Shown here: one piece after another, positions 54,171-64,000 of the stretch
Layout of the letters: the number at the start of each line of letters is the position of its first letter
How positions within the stretch are numbered: position 1 is the first letter of the stretch
From: Sphagnum compactum
Lineage: Eukaryota
Assembly: GCA_965153455.1 (NCBI GenBank)
Contig: OZ234493.1
Coordinates: 27,270,213-27,334,212 of the forward strand
Reading direction: 5' to 3'
Length of the DNA stretch: 64,000 nucleotides
Program-made: the position numbers and the translations under genes
Notes under the pieces: generated by a model
What the model saw: only the letters and a program-made list of their open reading frames with translations
What the model was told of the DNA's origin: nothing
Database searches by the model: none

Positions 54171-56149
54171 AGTAAATTATGTTACTTGTTCCATTCACAT
54201 TTATTTATTTATTTTTGGATTGAATGGGTTTTGGATCTACGACTTTAGGTTCAAATGGGGTTTCAATAATAATCACAAAGGGACTAGGCATGCTAGATGA
54301 TGAAGGTGGCTTAAACATAACATCATATAGAGGAAACTTTACATCGAGAAAAATAGAGATCAAATTAGAAAACAAGGTGTAGCTTCAATTTTGGAGGTGG
54401 TGATTACAAGGGTTCCATAGCCCAATAATTAACACAAACAAGTTTGTAATAGAACTTGGGAAATTGAAAATCAACTTTCAAACCTTCAACAAAATCATTC
54501 ATTTTGAACCTTAAACAAAAATTCATGACTAACTTAGTGTGCGCATAAGAAATCTACAACACAAAATAAAACAAAACTTTTATAGAATCAAAAATTGAAG
54601 ACCTCAAACAAAATCATGCAATTGATTTTGTGTAGGTGTAAGAAATATGGAACACCACCAAAAAAATTGTGCCACTTATTCATCATGCATGTAAGAAATA
54701 TGCAACAAAAACAATCAAACAAAATTGGAAACAGTGGACTTCAAACAAAAATCACATGATTGTTTTAGTGAATGCACAAGAAATAAATTGAAAATTTCAA
54801 ACCTTTCATACAATTACATGACTTAAGTAAGTAGATTTTAAAATAAGTTGTGGATTATACCATTTCTAAGTAAGTTTGTTTTTGTCATGTGTGCATAAAA
54901 AATCTACAACAACAAAAAAAAACACTTGGGAAAATTAAAAACATGCCTTCAAACAAAATTGTGCAATTGCTTATGTGTGCACATAAGAAATCCACAACAA
55001 AAACACTCTTTGGTAGAATTGGCAATTTCAAACCTAAAACATAACCTTCCTTTTAATTGATTGTGCATGTAAGAAGTTTAACAACACAAATTTTTTTTGG
55101 ATAGATTTGGAAACCCTAACCTTCAAATAGAATAGTGTGCATCACCTTTATGTGCACACAACAAATTTGTAACACAAAAATATTTTTAAAAACGTTTATT
55201 TCATAACAAAGTTATATAACATAAAACCAACACGTAACGTGTGTAAAATATTTTGATACTAATTATGAAAACAAGGATCTAATTAGGCAACTACCAAAAC
55301 TTAGGTTGAACTTCGATTCAAGAAATAGCATGTTCATGTTCTTAGCCATATTAAACCTAAAAAAATGTGATTTGAACTTGGAGAGACTTTGATTTAATCA
55401 AAGTAGGGATATTTTATATTAGAAAGTCAAGAAAGGTGGTGTTCAGTGAAATTATAAAAAATAATCCAACATTTGATAATTTGAACTTTGACACCAAACC
55501 AATGGTAAAGACATTGAAGAATCTTAATGATATTGTGATAACATTCCAAATAACTACGAATATCTTACATTCCATTTAACAATAGATAACACAACCATGT
55601 AAGAAAAGTTTGGAATAGATTAAACACGTGTGATTGGCCAAATTTATGATTGAAATCCTATGGATTTTGTAAATGATATGGGGGTTATATTTGTGAAGAG
55701 CCCCATTATGTGGAAATTACAAAAACTAAACATTGTTATTTCATTAGGGGCCATAATTGTGACCAATATTCTAGATCCATTTTTTTCATATCAATTTGAA
55801 CATCTTGGGTTAACATTATTGTCTTTGGCGTGTGTATCAAGTGTGTGTCTTGGTTTGCAGAATCCCCAATTGATGTTGTTGTCCATAAGTTGTAAGTTTA
55901 TTTCTTCCTTTTCCTCCACCTTTTCATTACAACAACACCCCACAAACCCCAACTTCATATTTTGTCTATTTGTTTTCGATTATATAATGCTGCCATCACC
56001 TCCTATAGGCACAAAACCTCTAGAGCCTTTGTCATTTAGCAATCCATTGCCCTTGTTTGAATAACCACCAAAAATTATTTTTACACCTCTAATTGGATTT
56101 GACAAAGGGAAAAAATCCTTCTATCTACAAACCCAATTCCAATCATCTC

Positions 56150-57390
56150 TATGGAAGTTGGGCCTAGTGAGCTAAAGAAAGAAAACCATAGCTAGAACAT
56201 GGTAGAGGCCATTTTCAAATGTGGTTTTATGAGCCATTAAGATTGTTGTGTAGAAATATGAGTTCATTTATGTTATGAGTTGTGATGAGGTTATAACCAT
56301 TGACAACCAATCTTGGTTGCCTATGCATGTTTATGTGAGAAATGTTTGGAAGAGGTTCCCCATTTATTAAATTTGCAAGGGGTGATTGATGGGTCCACTT
56401 GAAACAACTCGATTGCCATAATTGTGTGTAGCCTTGTGGAATATGGGGGCTTGAATGAGCAAGATGTTGTTAATAAGTTAGTTTTCTTTTGGAGTTGATG
56501 GAGTTATAGTTTTCCAAGGTGTGAAAAGTGATACATGTCACCACCCAACTTATGTAAAAACATGCCCCATTTGTGAATGAGGTACGTTGCACATCCCATT
56601 GGACAAACCTTGTTGTCCAAAACATTGAATGCATTGAATGTGGTATTGAAGATTGAAACTCTCTTGGCCTCTATGTTCAATTGTTTTGCCCATAGCCTTA
56701 AGTGTGCCCTTGATGCCATTAAATTAGTTGAAATTTTACACACGAAAGGTAACAAACTTTTGAAAAACATGAAGACTGTTTTGGATCTCTATGTTATCAC
56801 CTTCTAAAAAGCTTTTACATGAGTAAAAAACCTTGATTTTAAAGGTGGATAGTGGAAGTGTTGAGATCGCAAAAATCAATTGTGAGTTTTTATGTAATGC
56901 AGAAACATTGCAAGGTCTCGCTTGTGTCCTACCTATGTTAGAATTGGTGTAGGGGTTGTCCAAGTTTGCACAAGGGTGGAAAACCTTGATTTGTGATTTT
57001 GAGAATGTTTTCAAGCTTTGTGAAGCAAACTCACATGCATTGCATTATTACATTTATCGACCATGCAAGACCAAAGTCAAGTTGCCATGTATATATGCTC
57101 CTCTTGATTGCAACCCAACAACCAAATTGTGGGAGAAACTTTGTTCGATGGAATTTTGACCCACTACCTTTCAGAATGGTTCAAATTGGTGAAGCTTTGC
57201 ATGGTTATGATGTTCTATATTGTGGAGGATGAACACACTTTCTTCAATTTGTCCTTTGTGAAATCAAAATTCTAAGATCAATTGACTATTCCTTTGGACC
57301 TTATAGTCTACATATATGTTCAAAGATTCTTATTCCTTGGAGAGCTTCTTTTTATTCAACAATTCATGATGAACATAAGTGTTATGGTTG
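56150..57390 (+). mobile_element. Decayed hAT-superfamily (ZNF862-like) transposase, copy 2
   Basis: SCDEVITIDNQSWLPMHVYV, GVDGVIVFQGVKS, ETLQGLACVLPMLELV, TLICDF, IVEDEHTFFNLSFVKSKF. Homologous to copy 1 in opposite orientation. Confidence 0.7.
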
Positions 57391-58387
57391 ACAACATAGA
57401 GCTTATGTGGTTTTTTTAGATGGTTATTTATATGCAATCCTATGAAATTTTTCATTTTGGTTTGACACCAATTTTTGTATGAGATGCAAAAGGAACTTGA
57501 TGAGCCTCAAATGCCCACTTTTTAGTTTGGACTTTGATTCACAAGATTGTATTTACTACCTTTGGTTGTCAACTATCATTAAATCGTTAAAAGTTTGCAA
57601 TCTCATTTCAATTCTTATTTTTGCATATTTTTTAACATGGGTTTGTTGCAAGAAGGGCATGAACTCTTTGCTAGATCAAGGTTTAAATCCCCCTCAGGTC
57701 ACCATTCCCCATGATTTTTGTGTTTGTGTCTACTAACTATAAATTTGTGTTGCCACATTTGTTTTCTTCTATTGATCCTATTATGATAGCAATATGCAAA
57801 CTTGGAGCTTTGATAATTTCTTGAACTCAATTTGACATACATAAGGTTTGTCAAGTGTTTTTTGTTGTGCACAGTTATGAGACAAAGCTCAAATCATAGA
57901 TTCTTCCTATTCAATAATCACAACACCTTCCACCTCCCATGTTGAAGCATTTATTGCCATCATGTTACATTGTTCAAAATCCAATGACTGATTAAACTTA
58001 AAATTTGAAAAAATATATAAACACTTGGGAACATACAAAACCTTTCAAGTTGTCACTAGCAAGTTGTGAACATAACAAAATTAGGATAGCCACATCTAGA
58101 GAAAAGTATTCTCTATGTAACCAACTGCAACCATCTGGTTGATTTCGGGGCATTTTGTCAAATACAGGACAATTGCCATAAGCAAGTCAGTAATCAAATG
58201 ACATCAGAGCTTAAGGGCCATGCCACACCACCGGCAATAGCAGAGAGTGACATGGAGGCCTCTGCCTCTGAAAGTAGAAACCTCCGTAGGTCCCTGAGGT
58301 ATTAACAACATTCTTGACCATCGCACAACCAGGAGCCAATTGTAGGAAGCAAAGCGGTGCAGTGATGTGATAATCTGTTGTGCATTA

Positions 58388-58764
58388 GAGTTATCCATAA
58401 AGTCTCGCAATTAGAGGGCGAGAGAGGCCAGCAATGGCATCAAACGCGTAACTGGGAATGAAAATTTTACAAAGCAAAAGAACTGGGATCCAAACAGGTT
58501 TTTCCACCAATTTTGGTGGTAAACTGAGTTTCATCCTGTCTTTCCTCTTTCCCGAGCGCCTCCACCGCTGCTACGATCCCATATATTTTCACTGCTCCTA
58601 CCTGTACAACTACTGTAATTACTCTTGAACCTTGTGCATGAAACGCCGAATATTAGCATTTCATTAAGAGAATTAATAAAATTTCCTTACTTTGTGGAGA
58701 CCACTGAAAGAGGGGATAAGGGGTCAAAGCAGGTCCAAAGACAGGGTGACTTTACAGATAACTT
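58388..58764. mobile_element. Tourist-like MITE with ~17-bp terminal inverted repeats
   Basis: GAGTTATCCATAAAGTC (58388-58404) and GACTTTACAGATAACTT (58748-58764) are 14/17 complementary. Flanked by TTA and TAT; a second copy lies at 37901-38135. Confidence 0.65.
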
Positions 58765-59807
58765 TATTAAACAAGAGACTTCGTGAGAATGCCTGGAGCC
58801 AAAAGGTTTGGCTGAGCTGGACACAACATTAGAGTGAGGGAAGGGAAGGGAAGGGAAAGCATATATATGTGTGAATTTCCAAGCGGGTGTTGCCTGAAAA
58901 TCTTAAAGACACAGGTTTTCTTCATCTCAGCTGACCCCGCTCCCAACACTCCATGGCAGTCAGCTTTCTTCTTCACTGATCACCTCTACAAATTTTACCT
59001 GCTACCATAGTAATTATATTATTATTTGTTTTGTCAAATTTTTTTAGAAAATATTTATTACTTGTGATAAATGTTGGGGTTTGAACTGAAGCCTTTAAAG
59101 TTCAAGAAATTAAAATTGAGATAGTCTAGACACACTAAACTATCCCATAAAGATAACAAGAATGTGTTTATTGTTTTTTTATACCCATTAGTTGTTGAAA
59201 ATTTTCAGAATTAAAAAATCAAGTGCAAAAGTTAAGATTTCAAATTTAATTAATTATTCAGCAGTTTGTTGGTGAATCCAATTAGGGAGTATGATGCTTT
59301 GCTGTCTTTGGGGAGTCATGGCTTGCAGGAGTTAAAAAGAATTGGGATGTAAACATTACGGTGGGTGGGCCTATTCCCCTGAAGAGTCTTAAATCTAAGT
59401 CCTATGAAATGGATCCATTATTGATCTGTGCAAGTTAAAATTTTCAAGGGCAGAAGAACCCAAGTAACCATAGAGCCCATCCACCTACACAATGAATAGT
59501 GCAAATATGAACACATCATCGGAGAAGATATTTGGATATTTTGGTTGTAACTGAAGAGGAGCATATTTCAAGATCTCGGCGGCTAATTATGCATGTCAAA
59601 TTTTGTACGCCAACAAACGTGTGTAAACATTTTGAGAGCTTTCTAATAATGAGTAGGGTTTAAGGTTTAGGGTTTTGTATTTCATTTCCCCTTTAACTGG
59701 ATGCTTTGTTTAATGAAGTCTACCCAGGTTATATCAGTGAGTACATGAGCAGTGATGTATTGAATTCACATTTTGTTGATTACAGGTATTGTGTTTGGGG
59801 AATTCCA

Positions 59808-60155
59808 TCTATGAAGGAAGGTAGTTTGTTTTGTTTTGTAGTTATGAGATCCACTTAACTGGGATGTTTCAGATCATATTCTTGATGTCTTTGGAAAGCT
59901 CTCGACGAGGAGGGGTGCATGGGCTTAGTTCCATAATGTTTGGACTTGTGGTGCAAAAGTTCTTGAATATTGAATGATTTCTTCACTGAAAATTAAATTA
60001 AATTTTTTGAAGGAATTGGAATGTGCCTTTGGTGTTGTTGGAAAGATCTTGATGAGGAGGATTTAATAGAATTTATTTGGTAAGATTTGGATTCACAATG
60101 TGGGAGATATTGATGTTTAAGTGATTTCATGGGCCAACGGCAGAGGCCACACTAG
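59808..60155 (+). mobile_element. Short non-autonomous Helitron-like element, family A, copy 2
   Basis: A|TCTATGAAGGAAGG...GGGCCAACGGCAGAGGCCACACTAG. Highly similar to 14344-14770 but lacks an internal ~80-bp block. Confidence 0.7.
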
Positions 60156-61744
60156 CATCCTATACCTAGTCATGGTGTGAATGGCCCACTTCTGATCAAA
60201 CTTTTAGAAACAAATTCAATAATATACTACATATCAGTGTTGGGTGGTTCTTAGAATGAGGGACAGATAGATATTTGTTGGTTATCAACCTGGGTATATG
60301 TATCCACCTACTTGTTGATTCTCAAAAAATTTAAGAGTCAAAGAACCGGACAAAGAACCATTGGTTCTTTCATGAAAACCGTCAGTTTGTTGAGGTTCTT
60401 TTCAAAACAATTGGAATCGCTGGTACTTTGTCGGTTCTTGCATGAAACCCATCAATTCTTTGAGGCTGTTGAAATGACAAGAACTAGTGGTTCCTTGACT
60501 CTGCAAATTTTTTTGAAGAACTAGAACAAGCAATTCTTTAAAAATTCAAAGAACCGCCCAACATGGATACATACCCAAAACTCTCATAATCACTTGAATA
60601 TAAATGAAATGTTGTCTTCTCTTTTCAAAACAAAATTGGATGACCATGGATTCCATTTTCCGCTTAGCCTATAGCCTTATTTGCCATGCAAATAGACCCA
60701 CCAACCCTACAACAAGTTGATGCAGAAGAAATGAGAGTGGAGAGAGAATGTATATAAGCTGTGGGCACTTATTCATCCTCCTATTATTAATTTCATGCTT
60801 CCAAAGGTTTTTTTTCTTTTCAGGAGTGATTTGATTGGCCCATCACCAATATTTTGAAACATGGGGCACACCCCCAATGTACATATGGGGTCCCTTTGGG
60901 CCATCCAGCCTGTCCCTCCCCTTTCATAACTTATATTCATGTAAGTTGAAGCATGGCTAAACAATACGGGATTAAAAAATGAGGTGCTATTGGGAACATC
61001 TTGGGTAACATGTTGGGAACCTGAACAAGTAACTTGCCAACAATGCCCTGGTCTCTTAGTAAGAGAACTAAGTTGCAAGTTTGCAAGGTTGAAATAGCAT
61101 GCAGAATTATTGGGGTTTCTGCATCCTGAGTAAAATCAAAGAAAGAATGATGTCGTAAAAGCTCCAAATTCTTGCAATTTGCATGTACTAATGTTCACTA
61201 AGGCAACTCTTAAAAAAGAATTCAAAGGGATTGATTTGAACAATCTCCCTTGGACACAATTTCTTTCATTGCACCTAGGCACAAACCTATGAGGCTATTA
61301 TAACATTTATTTATTTATTTAATTTATTATTACTATTATTTTGGCACAAACGGAAAATAAATTCTGCTATTACAAACATTTTAAGTGCCAGGTCTCTGAA
61401 ATTAACTCAAAAAAATTCAAGGCTTCCATTATGACAATATCTCATTGCCCGTGTAAGCTGTTTTTTTTCACCCCTAACACAAGCTTATTCCATTGACCTT
61501 GTATGTTAGTGTGTATGTTATATGCACTAATAGGTACTTATAACCCTTGTATGCATGTTCAGAGAGTTTAAATTCCTCCTAGAATGTGTGTACCAAGGAA
61601 CAATTGTTCTATTGGTGATGTATTTATGTGGCATTCACCCTAATTCCCTAGTTACCCTACTGACCTACCTACATTATTGACGAACATCTTCGCTCTACCT
61701 ATCAACCCCTTACCTACTTACCTTCTATTTTTTCATATCTAAAC

Positions 61745-62000
61745 ATCTCTCTTGGCTAAACCTTTGCTTTTTGGCACAACTTCTAACTCTTCTTGGTTAA
61801 ACTTATATCTCTTTATTAAACCTTTGTCTTTTGGCATAACTTTTGACTCTTCTTGGTTAAACCTATATCTTTTAGTTAAACCTTTTTTTTTTGGCACAAT
61901 TTTTTAACTCTTCTTGGCTAAATCTATATTTTTTTATTAAACCTTTTCCTTTTGACACAACTTTTAATTCTTCTTAGTTAACTTGTATCTTTGGCTAACC
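61745..62000. repeat. Minisatellite of ~4 units of 60 bp
   Basis: Repeated AAACCTTT....TTTGGCACAACTT.T.ACTCTTCTTGGTTAAAC.TATATCT units. Confidence 0.8.
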
Positions 62001-63039
62001 CACACATAAGTATTGTATATTTTGGTAGTTATTGTTAAAAACTAAAATAGTTTTGAAGATCCAATCGCAAAACACAATATCCACATATGAAAACAATGTC
62101 ATTTCAAATATAATACACCTCAATAATTATTACATATTTGTGACCAAAATGCAAGCATTCTTTTTGTTTCTTTTTTTTGGGATTTTTTAAATTTTTTTTG
62201 TAGACTTTTTTTTCATCTTAATTTTTATTTTTCTAATTTATTTTACTTTTTTCCTTCTATTTTTTTTTCTTGTTCTAAATTATTTTCTTCTATTACTGAT
62301 CTTTTTTTTCTATTTTTTTATATTTTTATCATCATCATTTTTTTCATTGAGCATGCATATTTTATGCCCAACATTTGGGTATTGCACAAACCATCCCAAA
62401 AAACCAGCCATCATTTTATGCTTCAAATGTGGGTATTGCAAATTCATTATAAAAAAACTAATGTTTGTTTTGTGACCCTTATCCAAGTATTTCACATTGA
62501 ACTTTATGTTTTTGAAGTTCTTTTAATGCAACATTGCAATATGTTTCAAACTCATAATTTTAGGGAAAATTTCAACAAATATTAATGCAATGTTCACATT
62601 CAAGGCATGCAAACATAATACAAACGTGAGGTTACAATTGCAATAAGACAGAACTTGTATGTATTGATGCAAATATCACATCTATCAAAACTTTAAAAAA
62701 TGTTCAAAAAATGGAAAACATGAACTCTATGTCATTGTAAAAAAACTTAAGTAAGATATGCATGCTACTTTCTAACTTCAATAGACCATTTTCTAAACCT
62801 ATTTTCATTAGCCACCATGTCACTCATTCATCGATAAGTTCTTGTTGTTGAAACCATTTTAATAGCATGTTGATGAGTGTAAAATTGATAATGATACAAT
62901 TGGAGTTGAATGGCATTGGTTACAAATCGGTATTTCACTGTTACTCAAAGTACATCAAACACATGATACACATTAATATGCAAGTTTGAAAATGTAAACC
63001 AAACCCCAAAAAAATTCCATGGGTATGAACATATATACT

Positions 63040-64000
63040 CTATTAACTTTTTTCAAAAAGAAAATTTGGAAAAAGAAATTGGAAATAAAAAATAAAAAAA
63101 TAGAAAAACAAACTTCATTTTTTGGAGTTTTAAAGACCAAAAAAAAAGGAAAAATAAGGGGAAAGTAAAATAAATATTTAGGACAAACATAATAAAAGAA
63201 ATTTTAAAAAATCTTCTAGCATTTTAAAAAAAAGGAAAAAAGGGGAAAAAAGGAAATATAACCCCCAAAAAAATGAAAAGGGAAAAAAATCTTGAATTCT
63301 TTTTCTTGAATTAAGAAAAAAAAACATAGAAAAGGAAAAGAAAACAAACTTCTTCTTCTAGAAATTAAAAAAATAGAAAAAAATAAAAAAACAAAAAAAA
63401 CAAAAAAGATTTTTGTCTTTTATTTTTTCTTTTCATCTTCTTTCTTTTTTAATTTTCATTTCCTTCTCTTTAATTCTTTTGTCTTCTTCTCTTTCTTTTT
63501 CTTACTTTTCTTTTTTGTTTCTGCTCTCAAACTAAAACAAAAAAAAAACAAGGGAAAGGACAAAAGCATACCTAACATGATGTGCATAACTAATGATAAT
63601 GCAACAAGCAATGGTAGCAAGTGCAACGAAGTGAATGAAAAAAGGAAGATGCTTGAAGAAGGAGATGGAAAACAAAAAAAAAATAAAATGATGAAAAAAA
63701 TGTAACTATAGAAGAAAAGAAAGATACAAAAGATGAAAAATAAAATAAAATAACAACAAAAATGAAAGAAAATAAAATATAAAGAAGAATATATAACACA
63801 AAAAAGGAGAAGAAAAAATAATAATAACAATAGCAAAAAAAAAGAGGAAAAAAAATGATGAAAAAAAAACTACAACAATAATGGGAGAGATGATGATGAT
63901 GGTGGAAGAAAAGAAAAAAGAAAGAATAAAAGACGAGAAAAATAAAGAAGAGGGAAAAAAATGAAGATTTTTTTTGAAATTTAAGGGAAGTGTGGGCTAA
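63040..64000. repeat. A-rich low-complexity region
   Basis: Long A/AG-rich tracts; the ORFs here are compositional artefacts. Confidence 0.8.

Noticed and set aside
63456-63836. Hydrophobic Phe-rich ORF as a membrane protein (similar ORFs at 29061-29992)
   Set aside because: Artefact of A-rich low-complexity sequence read on the minus strand.

Overview
AT-rich, intron-containing land-plant nuclear DNA; gene and repeat style suggests a moss, possibly Sphagnum (inference). Three apparently intact + strand genes were reconstructed by hand from GT-AG sites: a GH43 beta-1,3-galactosidase-like glycoside hydrolase (6086-8311, 499 aa), an NB-ARC-LRR (NLR) receptor with an unusual helical N-terminal domain (31882-36558, ~999 aa) and Rubisco activase (39999-42791, 447 aa). 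Much of the rest is decayed DNA transposons: an ~8.6 kb Helitron with a disrupted RepHel gene and captured SINAT and SAM-synthetase fragments, several non-autonomous Helitrons, Harbinger, CACTA and two hAT transposase relics, and a Tourist-like MITE family. Most notable: (1) an intron-split DUF3504/Crypton-like tyrosine recombinase relic at ~26.5-28.0 kb, a class not usually described in land plants; (2) a fossil exon of the redox-regulated alpha C-terminal extension lying behind the stop codon of Rubisco activase; (3) the non-canonical NLR. All calls are by eye; no searches were run.
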